Notes under the pieces: generated by a model
The model's input: only the letters and a program-made list of their open reading frames with translations
Databases searched by the model: none
Told to the model about the DNA's origin: nothing
Shown: positions 48,579-63,069 of the stretch, piece after piece
Position numbering within the stretch: the first letter of the stretch is position 1
Layout of the letters: each line of letters opens with the position of its first letter
NCBI RefSeq assembly: GCF_947568905.1
Contig: NC_079166.1
Span: 91,202,001 to 91,266,000, forward strand
From: Ostrea edulis
Taxonomy: Eukaryota
Reading direction: 5' to 3'
DNA: 64,000 bases
Position numbers and translations under genes: made by a program

Positions 48579-49631
48579 GTTGTTGCTTCAAGTATAGCTC
48601 TTGGCTCCTGAAAAATGAAAGTATTGGTAGAAATTAAAATCCTTATCTTTTTTAAGGTATGATAAATTTGGACCCCATCATTTACACTAAATGTAGTTTC
48701 TGAAGATTTGAAATAAAGCTTTTACAAAATATATATTATACACCGCATTAAAATGACCAACGACACGAGCAACCAGATTGTCACATTTTCAGGATGACCT
48801 GTCCTTTCTCCAGGACAAATGAAATGGTTTACATAAGATGCCTAATAGTAACAGAAAATAACAAAACAACAAAGAATACACCTAGCACTACACGTGTTTG
48901 GTTAATTTACTCTTGCTAATCAATGTTATGTAACGTAATCAAATTTTCCAAACCTATCATCAATAATCAGCTACACTTCATGTTAAACCTGAAATAAAAC
49001 TAGTATACCCCTTTATCTAATCAGAGTAAGTTTTTTATCCTGCTCCTGACAGGTTAGTGTGTTTAAAACTAGAACATGATTTTGAAGAATTTAGTTGTTG
49101 GAAAGGGAAGGTGAATATATTGTCAATATTTATACCCTAAGTGTTCTTTTTTAAAATTATAATTTATGATATTGGTAGTAGAGACTTGTAACTAAGTCAA
49201 ATTTTGTAAATTCATTATTTATTTAATATATTGTTGTGAGTTTTTTAAAAATGAACATCGATTCTTAAAATGCCGTTATAAATTTGAAAGGAAGAGTTAT
49301 GAAGAATATGTTTTTGTCCACAATTGTGTATGAAGATTTAATATCTAGACCAATGATTCCAAAATATTGATGTATGAAATGAAAGGAGAAGATAACGAAC
49401 AGTGATCAATCTCGTACCATCTACTATGTCAAGTTTTATCTCAAAGTTTGACACAAGGCTTTAATTAATTTGCATCTTTATAAACTGACAACAATCCAAA
49501 TATGTTCTTTTAAACTCTTGAATTATATATCATCAATTCTGTTGTTTATAACGTGATATTTATTTCCAATCTCTGAGCATTGATTTTCTTTCATATCTAT
49601 ATGTATATTGTTAGACATTATGAGAAGGCAT

Positions 49632-52600
49632 TGATCTGCTGTAATGATAGATTAGTGCCTCTGATGTAGTGATTGATTAGTGTATCTGATGTAGTAATTG
49701 ATTAGTGTGTCTGTATTGATTAATTAGTGTATCTGATATAGTGATTGATTAGTGTATCTCATGCAGTGATTAATTAGTGTATCTGATGTAGTGATTGATT
49801 AGTTTATCTGATGTAGTGATTGATTAGTGTATCTGATGCAGTGATTAATTAGTGTATCTGATGTAGTGATTGCTTAGTGTGTCTGATGTAGAGATTGATT
49901 AGTGTATCTGATGTAGTGATTGATTAGTGTACGATGTAGTGATTGATTAGTGTATCTGATGTAGTGATTGATTACTGTCTCAGATGTAGTGATTGATTAG
50001 TGTATCCAATGTAGTGATTGATTAGTGTATCTGATGTAGTGATTGATTAGTGTATCTGATGCAGTGATTAATTAGTTTATCTGATGTAGTGATTGCTTAG
50101 TGTGTCTGATGTAGTGATTGATTAGTGTCTCTGATGTAGTGATAGATTAGTGTATCTGCAGTGATTGATTAGTGTATCTGATGTAGTGATTGGCTAGTAT
50201 CTCTGTAGTGATTGATTAGTGTGTCTGATGTAGTGATTGATTACTGTCTCAGATGTAGTGATTAGTGTATGATGTAGTAACTGATTAGTGTGTCTGATGT
50301 AGTGATTGATTAGTGTATGATGTGGTAACTGATTAGTGTGTCTGATGTAGTGATTGATTAGTGTATCTGATGTAGTGATTGATTGGTGTATCTGATGTAG
50401 TGATTGAGTAGTGTATCTGATGAAACGACTGATTAGTGTTTCTGATGTAGTGACTGATTAGTGTATCTGATGAAGTGATTGATTACTGTCTCAGATGTAG
50501 TGATTGATTAGTGTATCCAATGTAGTGATTGATTAGTGTATCTGATGTAGTGATTGATTAGTGTATCTGATGTAGTGATTGATTAGTTATGATGTAGTAA
50601 CTGATTAGTGTATCTGATGTAGTGATTGATTAGTGTGTCTGATGTAGTGATTGATTAGTGTATCTGATGTAGTGATTGATTAGTGTATCTGATGCAGTGA
50701 TTGATTAGTGTATCTGATGTAGTGATTGGCTAGTGTCTCTGTAGTGATTGATTAGTGTGTCTGATGTAGTGATTGATTAGTGTCTCTGATATAGTGATTG
50801 ATTAGTGTATCTGATGTAGTGATTGATTAGTGTATCTGATGCAGTGATTAATTAGTTTATCTGATGTAGGGATTGATTAGTGTCTCTGATGTAGGGATTG
50901 ATTAGTGTATCTGATGTAGTGATTGATTAGTGTGTCTGATGTAGTGATTGATTAGTGTATCTGATGTAGTGAATGATTAGTGTGTCTGATGTAGTGATAG
51001 ATTAGTGTATCTGCAGTGATTGATTAGTGTATCTGATGTAGTGATTGAGTAGTGTCTCTGATGAAACGACTGATTAGTGTTTCTGATGTAGTGACTGATT
51101 AGTGTTTCTGATGTAGTGACTGATTAGTGTATGATGTAGTGATTGATTAGTGTATCTGATGAATTGATTGATTACTGTCTCAAATGTAGTGATTGATTAG
51201 TTTATCCATTGTAGTGATTGATTAGTGTATCTGATGTAGTGATTGATTAGTGTATCTGATGTAGTGATTGATTAGTGTATATGATGTAGTGATTGGCTAG
51301 TGTCTCTGTAGTGATTGATTAGTGTGTCTGATGTAGTGATTGATTAGTGTCTGATGTAGTGATTAGTGTATGATGTAGTAACTGATTAGTGTGTCTGATG
51401 TAGTGATTGATTAGTGTATGATGTAGTAACTGATTAGTGTGTCTGATGTAGTTATTGATTAGTCTTTGATGTAGTGATTGATTAGTGTATCTGATGTAGT
51501 TATTGATTAGTGTATCTGATGTAGTTATTGATTAGTCTTTGATGTAGTGATTGATTAGTGTATGATGTAGTAACTGACTAGTGTGTCTGATGTAGTTATT
51601 GATTAGTCTTTGATGTAGTGATTGATTAGTGTATCTGATGTAGTGATTGATTAGTGTATCTGATGTAGTGACTGATTAGTGTTTCTGATGTAGTGACTGA
51701 TTAGTGTATGATGTAGTAAATGATTAGTGTATCTGATGAATTGATTGATTACTGTCTCAGATGTAGTAAATGATTAGTGTATCTGATGTAGTAAATGATT
51801 AGTGTATCTGATGTAGTGATTGATTAGTGTATCTGATGTAGTGATTGATTAGTGTGTCTGATGTAGTGATTGATTAGTGTATCTGATGTAGTGATTGATT
51901 AGTGTATCTGATGCTGTGATTAATTAGTTTATCTGATGTAGTGATTGATTAGTGTATCTGATGTAGTGATTGATTAGTGTATCTGATGTAGTGATTGATT
52001 GGTGTGTCTGATGTAGAGATTGATTAGTGTATCTGATGTAATGATTGATTGGTGTCTTATATAGTGATTTACTAATGTAGTTACTGATTAGTGTATCTGT
52101 AGTGATTGATTAGTGTATCCAATGTAGTGATTGATTAGTGTATCTGATGTAGTGATTGATTAGTGTATCTGATGTAGTGATTGATTAGTGTATCTGATGT
52201 AGTGATTGATTAGTGTATCTGATGTAGAGATTGATTAGTGTGTCTGCTGTAGAGATTGATTAGTGTGTCTGATGTAGTGATTGATTAGTGTGTCTGATGT
52301 AGTGATTGATTAGTGTATCTGATGTAGTGATTGATTAGTGTATCCAATGTAGTGATTGATTAGTGTGTCTGATGTAGTGATTGATTAGTGTATCTGATGT
52401 AGTGATTGATTAGTGTATCTGATGTAGTGATTGATTAGTGTATCTGATGTAGAGATTGATTAGTGTGTCTGCTGTAGAGATTGATTAGTGTGTCTGATGT
52501 AGTGATTGATTAGTGTATCTGATGTAGTGATTAATTAGTGTGTCTGATGTAGTGATTGATTAGTGTGTCTGATGTAGTGATTGATTAGTGTGTCTGCTGT

Positions 52601-54161
52601 AGAGATTGATTAGTGTGTCTGATTTAGTGATTGATTAGTGTATCTGATGTAGTGATTAATTAGTGTGTCTGATGTAGTGATTGATTAGTGTGTCTGATGT
52701 AGTAACTGATTAGTGTATCTGATGTAGTGATTGATTAGTGTATGATGTAGTAACTGATTAGTGTATCTGATGTAGTGATTGATTAGTGTGTCTGATGTAG
52801 TGATTGATTAGTGTGTCTGATGTAGTGATTGATTAGTGTGTCTGATGTAGTGATTAATTAGTGTCTCTGATGAAACGACTGATTAGTGTTTCTGATGTAG
52901 TGACTGATTAGTGTTTCTGATGTAGTGACTGATTAGTGTATCTGATGAATTGATTGATTACTGTCTCAAATGTAGTGATTGATTAGTTTATCCATTGTAG
53001 GGATTGATTAGTGTATCTGATGTAGTGATTGATTAGTGTATCTGATGTAGTGATTGATTAGTGTATCTGATGTAGTGATTGATTAGTGTATCTGATGTAG
53101 TGATTGATTAGTGTGTCTGATGTAGTGATTGATTAGTGTGTCTGATGTAGTGATTGATTAGTGTATCTGATGTAGTGATTGATTAGTGTGTCTGTATTGA
53201 TTAATTAGTGTATCTGATGTAGTGATTGATTAGTGTATCTGATGTAGTGATTGATTAGTGTATCTGATGTAGTGATTGATTAGTGTGTCTGATGTAGTGA
53301 TTGATTAGTGTATCTGATGTAGTGATTGCTTAGTGTGTCTGATGTAGAGATTGATTAGTGTGTCTGCTGTAGAGATTGATTAGTGTGTCTGATGTAGTGA
53401 TTGATTAGTGTATCTGATGTAGAGATTGATTAGTGTGTCTGATGTAGTGATTGATTAGTGTATCTGATGTAGAGATTGATTAGTGTATCTGATGTAGTGA
53501 TTGATTAGTGTATCTGATGTAGTGATTGATTAGTGTGTCTGATGTTGTGATTGATTAGTGTATCTGATGTAGTGATTGATTAGTGTGTCTGATGTAGAGA
53601 TTGATTAGTGTGTCTGATGTAGTGATTGATTAGTGTATCTGATGTAGAGATTGATTAGTGTATCTGATGTAGTGATTGATTAGTGTATCTGATGTAGTGA
53701 TTGATTAGTGTATCTGATGTAGTGATTGATTAGTGTGTCTGATGTAGTGATTGATTAGTGTATCTGATGTAGTGATTGCTTAGTGTGTCTGATGTAGTGA
53801 TTGATTAGTGTATCTGATGTAGAGATTGATTAGTGTATCTGATGTAGTGATTGATTAGTGTATCTGATGTAGAGATTGATTAGTGTGTCTGATGTAGTGA
53901 TTGATTAGTGTATCTGATGTAGAGATTGATTAGTGTATCTGATGTAGTGATTGATTAGTGTATCTGATGTAGTGATTGATTAGTGTGTCTGATGTTGTGA
54001 TTGATTAGTGTATCTGATGTAGTGATTGATTAGTGTGTCTGATGTAGTGATTGATTAGTGTGTCTGATGTAGAGATTGATTAGTGTATGATGTAGTAACT
54101 GACTAGTGTTTCTGATATAGTGATTGATTATCTAATGTAGTGATTGATTAGTGTCTCTGAT
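49632..54161. repeat. 25-bp satellite, about 180 units (4.5 kb)
   Basis: Unit CTGATGTAGTGATTGATTAGTGTAT (period 25 at 53042/53067). Confidence 0.98.
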
Positions 54162-56412
54162 TATATGATTTTTCAAGATTTTTTTTTAATCAACTCATGT
54201 AGCTTATTCGGAGGAGGGCGGGGGGGGGGGGGGGGGGGGGCTGAACCCAAGCACCTGTGGATGATCTTAGAATCTCATCAAAACCGAAACAAACGGTGTG
54301 ACGTCAAAATTATTAATTTTTCTGGTCTTGAATACAAAAGAGTTACACATCATGGCAGCCTCTATAGACCGCGGGGATTTCAATTTTTGACGTTTTCAAA
54401 TTAGTCCTGAAGCTTATCTAGGCCATATATCAACATATATCATATGATTAATCCTATCATTTATCATGTAAATATATTTTGGGTTGCCTTTCCCTTTAAT
54501 GAATTCCGCGGTTTGCAGATTCAAATCTAAATATTTATATTTTCAATGTGTTTATCTTAGATATCTTTACCAAATAAAACGTGATAAATGTGCGTATGAA
54601 TCTTGATAAATATAGTACGGCTGTTTTTTTTTTGTTTTTTTTTTTTACGGATGGGAATATTCCGAAAGAAATAAAAGTGAAATATATGCATAAAAAATAT
54701 TTTTGAAAATGTATGAGGGTATGAACAACAAGGCTACACGCCGGCATACTCTTTCACGAGCGCTAACGCGCGTCCTGAAGTATGATGACGTAAATGTACT
54801 TACATGTAGGTGCGAACTTCTTTATACAACATTCATCGTAACAACTGTACACTTTTCGAAAATGTTTAGTTAGCATTACTAAACCTCTTTCAACACACGG
54901 AACAGATGATAGGTAAATCTATAGAATGGTATCAATCTTACAAGTTTAAATTTCATATTACTTTGTGGTGAAAAAAGGCGAACATAACGAACAGTGATCA
55001 AAAGAATTAATAAATTAAAACAATATTTTAAAAAATGCTAATTCCAAAACTTCATTAAAAATTCATCCAAAATATACAGTATACTTTTCCGTCTATATAT
55101 TTTACGTAAGGAAATGATATTTTTAAAAGTCATATATTTAAAAAGTTAAACATAATTTATTTCTGATATGAACACGAACTTTCGATAAAGACAAACTGTA
55201 TAAGACCTGCGAAAGTTGTGAATGCATTAATATATTATTTTATTTTATTTGTAACACGCGATTTCATTGGCAGAGCACACGCCAAAAATTAAATTTGTAT
55301 TATATAACAAAACTTGGTATGGTGAAACGCCCTTTGACAACTAAAGACGCAGCAGTGACAGTAGTAAGCCTTCTATGAAGTGGAAAACCCCATGGGATTC
55401 ACACGACCTGAAGATGGGGGGGGGGGGGGGGGGGGGAGGTGTTAATGTACAACAAGTATACTTTGCCGGGCCCGATTTACTCCAATCGTGAAATCGTTCC
55501 CTTCGGTACATTAAGCCAATTTCGGTAGTATTATTTCCTACTTCAAAGTCCCAATCATTATAAGAGGAGAAATGCCTTGTCAGAGGGAAATGTGTCTAAT
55601 ACTTATTTTCTTACTTATACTAAATGATATGATGAAAACTTCATTACATTCATTCATATCTTATTTATTGACACCCTTAAATCATTGTATGAAAAAGCCA
55701 TAAGTGTGTATGCGGTGAGTCATTTGAAATTTGAATACTTTGTATCAATTATAGGTAGAATATCCAGACTCCTTAAATGGAGCCTGGTCTATCTATTGAA
55801 TATTTTATATTCCTATCATACATTGCAATGCAAACCCGCCATTCAATAATATCCCAAAACTTGCAGAAAATTCAGCTCCTAAAAAAAGTATTACGTAGTT
55901 TGAATTACTGTAATAGAAATCTGATAATGAATTCAAACCTTTCTTATAACCTCTAGTTGTATACCGTAAATAATAGATGTGGTGCTAGTATTTTACCCTT
56001 TTTAAAGGAAATTTAATGACTAAAGATCGTGTATGTATCTGCAAGCTCTCCAAATATCAAAAGCATGCAAATTTAGTTAATTCTCTAGGGATATTGGATA
56101 CTTCAACCCGTTTCCTAAATATATGTTCAAGATACATATACATAAGTTCATCTAGATGGATAAAAGATAATAGTATGATTTATATTTTTAAGTTGCGGTT
56201 GATGGGTGACTACATCATATCGTATTATAGTAACCCACAAAAAGGGGAAAAAGATAAATATATCACAAATCAATCTCTAATTGCAAAAGCCATGGGCTTT
56301 TTAATGGGGGAAATGTGAATACGAGCCCGCACGTATTCAATATTGTAAATCTCTCAGAGGTAGGACAGTAAGCTGCTACTACCGATCAACATATAACATG
56401 AAGCATTCCAAA

Positions 56413-56897
56413 GCCAATGTGAATAAAACGGAAACGATCCCTAAGTCAATACCAAAGTCAATGTGAATAAAACGGAAACGATCACTAAGTCAATACCAAA
56501 GTCAATGTGAATAAAACGGAAACGATCACTAAGTCAATACCAAAGTCAATGGGAATAAAACGGAAACGATCACTAGGTCAATACCAAAGTCAATGGGAAT
56601 AAAACGGAAACGATCACTAAGTCAATACCAAAGTCAATGGGAATAAAACGGAAACGATCACTAGGTCAATACCAAAGTCAATGTGAATAAAACGGAAACG
56701 ATCACTAGGTCAATACCAAAGTCAATGTGAATAAAACGGAAACGATCACTAGGTCAATACCAAAGTCAATGTGAATAAAATGGAAACGATCACTAGGTCA
56801 AGACCAAAGTCAATGTGAATAAAACGGAAACGATCACTAGGTCAATACCAAAGTCAATGTGAATAAAACGGAAACGATCACTAAGTCAATACCAAAG
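56413..56897. repeat. 44-bp minisatellite, about 11 units
   Basis: Unit GTCAATGTGAATAAAACGGAAACGATCACTAAGTCAATACCAAA. Confidence 0.97.
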
Positions 56898-58515
56898 TAA
56901 ACATTATTAAACTAAAACTTAAAGCAACATATATGCCATAATTCAATTTATTCTAATGATATTGATACTAGATAAATCTTACGTGCAAAATAGGTTTGAA
57001 GTGATGAATTGTCCGAGCAGCGATCCCCTCAATTTACTAGGAGTATGCAGAGGTTTAAATACCATTGCGGGAGTGTTCGAGATATGGCTCATTAAATAAT
57101 ATACATGTATGTATAATGTTGGGTTACTTTCTGTAATTACGCATTAAAATCCTGTCTTTCGACGAAAAACGCCTGTTCTTCGAAATAGAGATGTAATTTT
57201 GATATATTTATTTTGCATTATACACATATTTTAGTGCCGAATGATTTTTGCGGAATGTCAATTTGATCATTCACAAAGATCTGCGGGAATGTATTCTATT
57301 TAGAAATTGTTCGACAACAACGGTAATTTGTACCTAGAATTCTTATTAGTAGACACTTCCTTTACGGGGATCCTAAGTAGCGAACTTTGGGAATAAATAC
57401 ATGTACACAGACACATCTGGGATTCCCAGCACACACTGATAGACTTAGATACTGCATCTATTATCATTTCAGTGGATAATGTATTAAAATGAACCAAGCA
57501 TACTTCTACCACTGCATCCAAACTTTTCAATTGTACACCTACCGGGTATTCTCCATTAAACCGGACGTCCAATGTGCAGTAAAAAACGCCAAATATAATA
57601 ATAGCTGATATATAGTCAGACATTTTTTTTTTAAATATAAGAACATTTTACCTACATTGTTCTAAGTTTCATGACTCAGGCACTACCTGTCTTCATTTCA
57701 CAGTGGGCTGAGGGACAGTAGTAAGCTACGTGAACACTCTTCCACAATGGGGGATTTGATTGTAAAGTGAATTCCAATACTTATGTCATCTTTGTTGTAC
57801 TTTTTAAAACATTCTCTGTTGCCCAATGGCGTATACTGAAAACGTTTTGCCATGTTGCCTTTCGAATATTTTTTTTCCGAATTGTTGATAATTCTGTTTG
57901 ACTTCAAGACTGTGATAATACTGTTCTGTTTAGAATGCAAAAGAAGCAATGATGGTCCCAGGAAGCGGTTTCTTGTGTAACGTTGTATTATGCGTATTTG
58001 ACTATCATTCGTTAAAGTAGCATGTGTCAACCATAAGTTTTCTTTTAAGGAAGCTCTTTACACTAACATTTTAGTCAATGGCTCGTTAAAACACCTCTAA
58101 TGAAGTATGAGTTCACCATCGAAAGAGTGATACAAGCTCTCAATTATTTTACATGAAGTTTTTGTGATTTTTCCCTGAATGATATAAAAAGGTGTTTTGT
58201 GTGCAAATAAGATATTCTGGAGTCCAAATTTCGCTGTGATTTGGTGCATGATATGAATATCTAATAAAACATAGCTAAAGATTCAGATATAAACGTTTGA
58301 ATTTTTAAGAAAAAAATATTCATGAATATTGAAAACATTATTTGTTGATATTTTTTAAAATCTACAGATAGAATCTTCAATATAAAATAGTAAAAAAAAA
58401 ACACCAAAAAACCCACCAAAAACCAAACAAACAGCTGCGGTGGCGGAACCAGAGGGGTGGGGGGGTGGGTGGGGGGTGTTAAAGTAAAGGTGAGGACTTT
58501 CTAGGCTGTTAATCC

Positions 58516-58715
58516 NNNNNNNNNNNNNNNNNNNNNNNNNNNNNNNNNNNNNNNNNNNNNNNNNNNNNNNNNNNNNNNNNNNNNNNNNNNNNNNNNNNNN
58601 NNNNNNNNNNNNNNNNNNNNNNNNNNNNNNNNNNNNNNNNNNNNNNNNNNNNNNNNNNNNNNNNNNNNNNNNNNNNNNNNNNNNNNNNNNNNNNNNNNNN
58701 NNNNNNNNNNNNNNN
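58516..58715. other. Assembly gap (200 N)
   Basis: Run of N. Confidence 1.
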
Positions 58716-58780
58716 TGCACCAGATGCGCATTTCAACAAATAATGTCTCTTCAGTGATGTTCAACCGAAATGTTTGAAAT
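58716..58780 (-). ncRNA. Minimal hammerhead copy abutting the assembly gap
   Basis: ACAUCA-CUGAAGA-GACA..UGUU-GAAA-UGCGCAUC/UGGUGC at 58717-58760; G10.1-C11.1 has become G-U. Confidence 0.75.
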
Positions 58781-58884
58781 ACATATAAATACAATACAGG
58801 GACCCATTTCTATCATAGTATGAATACTGAGTCTATTAAATGCTATAATAGTTTATTTTGAATTAGTAAAGTGTCGATGCTTGT

Positions 58885-59472
58885 ACTGCATATCCTGTGC
58901 TTTTTCAATGTTAGTGATGCTGAATTTAAATGTTCCATTCTGTTAGCATTGCTGAATTTGAATGTTCTATTTTGTTTCAATGCTAGTATTGCTGAATGTG
59001 AATGTTTCCTTATGTTTCAATGCTAGTATTGCTAAAGTTGAATGTTCTATTCTGTTTCAAGGCTAGTGATGCTGAATTTGAATTTTCCTTTTTGTTTAAT
59101 GCTAGTATTGCTGAATTTGAATGTTCCATTCTGTTTTAATGCTGGTGTTGAATGTTCCATTCTGTTTTGATGCTAGTATCTCTGGTGTTGAATGTTCCAT
59201 TCTGTTTTGATGCTAGTATTGCTGGTTTTGAATGGTCCATTCTGTTTCAATGTTAGTGATGCTGAATTTAAATGCTCCATTCTGTTTCAACGCTAGTATT
59301 GCTGAACTTGAACGTTCTATTCTGTTTCAACGCTAGTATTGCTGGTTTTGAATGGTCCATTCTGTTTCATGGTAGTATTATTGAACTAAATGTTCCATAT
59401 TGTCTAGGTGTTAGTGATGTTGGTTTTGAGTGTCACATTCTTTTTCAATGTTAGTATTGCTGAATTTGAATT
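58885..59472. repeat. Diverged 40-bp minisatellite, about 14 units
   Basis: Unit approximately TGTTCCATTCTGTTTCAATGCTAGTATTGCTGAATTTGAA. Confidence 0.9.
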
Positions 59473-59479
59473 TGATAGT

Positions 59480-60520
59480 TTGTATGTAAGTTCTTTATGA
59501 TCTTGTGACACAATTTGACCTTCCTACTTTTACAATATAAAACTGATCAGTTGAATATTTTCTGAACTATTCAGATTAGGGCTTTGATATTTGGTTTATA
59601 ATTTTTATAACAATACTTTCTTATAATTTGGTCATTGACCTTGTGACCTTCTGACCTTGACATGGAAGTTCGACATACTTCTAATAACAATCTGACCTAT
59701 TCAATATCTCCTGAACTATTTTAGATAGAGCTTTGATGTTTTGTTTACAAATTTCTTAGGGCAATGTCTTTCATATCATAACATGATATATGACCTCGTC
59801 ACCTTGGTTTTATTCAGAACAGCAATAAAATGTTAGTCATATTGGTGTTGAGGCATTTTTGTGCAGAGTGAATTCATTTGCAATTATGTTGTGATCCTTC
59901 GGGCTAGGTTAGGGCTACAATATGGAGTTAAAATGTTTCATGGAAATAAAGATTGATAAAAAGTACAACAGCTGAACAACTGGAGGGCCAGGGTGATTTA
60001 GGTGAGCGATGTGGCCCAAGGTCCTCTTGCTGTTTTTGGCCAGGTTGCACAACGTGCCAATGGCTTATAGAATGATGATTGGCGAGCGGACGTCCTTGTA
60101 ATAGGGTACTTTGGTGTAATCATCTCCTCTCACACCACCAAGTTGACATTCCTCAAACTTTGTACAGTTGTTATGGATGAATTCAAGATGTGCATGTGTG
60201 TTTTTGAAGTGTATCAACCATTTTTTGCAAAGTTTACATGTAGTTGAACTTGATAATTTTAAGCATTTCTTGAATACACGGTACCTATTTTGTGTTTTCA
60301 ACTCCTCTCACACCTCTTACTTGACGTTCCGCAAACTTTGAACAGTTGTTATGAATACAGTGAAGATGTGCATGCGTCCTTTTGAGAGTGATCGGACATT
60401 CTTCAAATATTACATGTACCTGATGTAGTTGAACTCTTTGTCAATTTTAAGCAATATGGTACCTACTTGTGTAATCAACTCCTCTCACAGCTTTTACTCA
60501 ACATTTTTCAGACCTTGTAC
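59480..60520 (+). mobile_element. Two adjacent HINE/pearl-like remnants
   Basis: First ends AGGTGAGCGATGTGGCCCAAGGTCCTCTTG (about 60000-60030) after TGACCTTG repeats; second has about 178-bp units at 60124/60302/60479. Confidence 0.65.
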
Positions 60521-60870
60521 ATTATAGATATCATAAAACATTGAATATATACACGTGACATTTAAAAGTGCTTCCATTGTTTTGAAGGGAAAAAATACGT
60601 TTGATATATATATTTCAGTTTGTTTTGTACTGCTGTCTTCATGATAGATAACATTTCAAAGCAACACGGCCATTTTATTCTTGAATGAATTTTTCGATAA
60701 TTATATTTACAAAATTACAAAAAACAGGATTCAAACAGACAGCTAGATTTGCTTCCGTGAATCTCTAAATTGCGATGTGTCCATATTTTACCTTCACGGG
60801 TCAAAGTATTGCAAGAAAGCGAAAACTGCACATTCACATTCACGTCTCATGTAATTTTTTTCTAAAGCTG

Positions 60871-63069
60871 GCGGCCGTTTCACTAAACGATCGTAGATCG
60901 TAAACGTACTTACGTTTAAGATCATCTGACTCGCGCGTATACGAGCGTTTCACGAAACCTATCGTAGTCGTAACACTTGCGATTGCGATTTACGTCTGAC
61001 TTTTTAGAACTCTTTTCTTTATGGAGGTAGATTTAAAATTAATCCTACCATGGAAAGAAATATTCATTCATTATTTCCTCATGGTTTTAAACATATCCTT
61101 ATCGTCTGCAGTAACCCATGCAAGTTGTCAACAAAAATAATGGAAATTTTGAGCCCGATCTCTAGTGTAACGTAAAGAAAATTCCTAGAATGTTTAAACA
61201 ATTGATAGAATAATTTTTATTGACTTTCATGTAACTAAAATTGGGGGGGGGGGGGGGGGGGGTGATATAAGAAATAACATAAAAGATTTACATTTTAGAA
61301 TTTTAAATGTCATGTATCGATCTCCTCATGTGAGCCAAATTTCCATCAATAAGTAAATTATGTTCAACGGATTAAAAAAAAATAAGAAGAAAATGAAATT
61401 ATATTGATAAAAGGAAATAATAAAATGAAAATAAAATTGCACACAAGTAAAGGAAATTTTATTCTGCATCAAACCATGGATATGTACTCCGGCGTTTAAT
61501 CATTGTTGTAAAATATGCTATAACACTAATGACATATCTATTCACTTATTTGTATAAATTCAAACAAATCATCGGCTCAATTTGTCCCTAAAATGACTTG
61601 AAATTTATTCTCCCCATGCGTTTGTCTTTTATATAAATTTTTTTCCGTTTAGGCATATAAGCATATATGCTAACTTCCGTCTTTACGTGATGATGTGTAA
61701 TCCAGATCATTTATCAAAAAATATTATTGATATTACACTTTATGATGATTGATTTTTATATTGTTTAACGTCCCACTCGTAAATTTTCACTAATAAGGAG
61801 ACGTCACCATTGCCGGTAAAGGTCTGCAAAAATTTAGGCCTATACTCGGTGCTTACGGCCATTGAGCAGGGAGGGATCTTTATCGTGCTACACCTGCTGT
61901 GACACGGCCGGGACCTCAGTGTTTGCAGTCTCATCCGAAGGACCGCCCCATTTAGTCGCCTCCTACGACAAGCAAGAGGTACTGAGGACTTATTCTAACC
62001 CGGATCCCTACGGGAGTACACTTTATAAAAAGGGGTAGGAACCCCAAGGGTTTGATAATGACCCTTCCCTTGTCTGTGTATACATATAGGTCTAGTTTGT
62101 ATGTTTAATTTCTAACGACCTTCATTAAACTACAGAAACGATCCACTTGCAAAATTGGGATGTTAACCCCTCTCCCATTACCAAATCATTTTATTATCAT
62201 ATTTTCCTTAAAATGTGCATGTATTATGCAGTTAGTCAGTTGCATCAAAGGTATTGATCTGACGGGAAAAAAAAACTAGCTGAGTACGTCGAATCGCAAC
62301 GTCTCGGATCATTAAATCAACTGTTACTAAAGAAACTTAATTTCTGAACATGAGAATATTAATGTCTTGGATCCTGCCTAATGTTAAATATACATGTAAT
62401 CTAACGGTGATGCAGGCATATGTAGCTATACACCCCCTCCCCCCATATATTATTTTTCTAACAACTATTCTCGTTACTATTACATGCAAAGTTTGATATA
62501 TTGACAACAACACCCCCCCACCCCCCACCCCCACTCACTTTTTAAAATATGAATTCTTGCATTGCCTTTACATTTATTTCAGCAGACTGGTCACAGGGGC
62601 TAGGCCCGTTTTGGACCCGAACTCTGTGATACAATGAATTTACTATATATGTGGTATCACAGAACCCGGACCCAAAACGGACTTGACCCCTGTGAGACTG
62701 ACATTTCTGTGGTTGTGCGTAACAACGAAGGACAACTCTAATTGATTTAAGATTCGGACTCGGACTGTTCAATATTTTTGTGCAAAAGCAGACTGCAAGT
62801 CATTGTGATTGTTTTCTTCCTACAAAGTATAAACAAACTCGGTCAGGTAAATACTACCACAAAATGATCTCAGGCGGGGCCAGCATGGCGGCCATATTGC
62901 TCATTTACGTGCATGTAGGAGCACTTACGATAACCCTAGACCACTCGTAGGGTTACGATCAATACTGATCGTAAATCGCAAATCGTAACTTTTAGTGAAA
63001 CGGTCTTACGTGCTACGTTCACATTTAAGTCTACGTTTACGATCTACGATCGGTTAGTGAAACGACCGC
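60871..63069. mobile_element. PIF/Harbinger-like non-autonomous element (2.2 kb)
   Basis: TIR of about 38 bp, GCGGCCGTTTCACTAAACGATCGTAGATCGTAAACGTA vs GCGGTCGTTTCACTAACCGATCGTAGATCGTAAACGTA; 3-bp CTG TSD; ACGAT-rich subterminal repeats. Confidence 0.75.
61745..62010 (-). mobile_element. SINE nested in the Harbinger-like element
   Basis: CTTGCTTGTCGTAGGAGGCGACTAAATGGGG body; tail similar to the 8890-9060 family. Confidence 0.7.

Noticed and set aside
50415-50435. CUGAUGA-AAC hammerhead-like words in the satellite
   Set aside because: No stem II between CUGAUGA and GAAA; chance variant of the unit.
49632-54161. Telomeric or coding interpretation of the satellite
   Set aside because: Only one TTAGTG per 25 bp and no TTAGGG runs; stops recur in all frames.
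61930-62010. HDV-like ribozyme at the SINE 5' end
   Set aside because: A P3/L3-like hairpin (GGU CCUCAGU ACC) is present, but P1.1 and P2 pairings could not be built.
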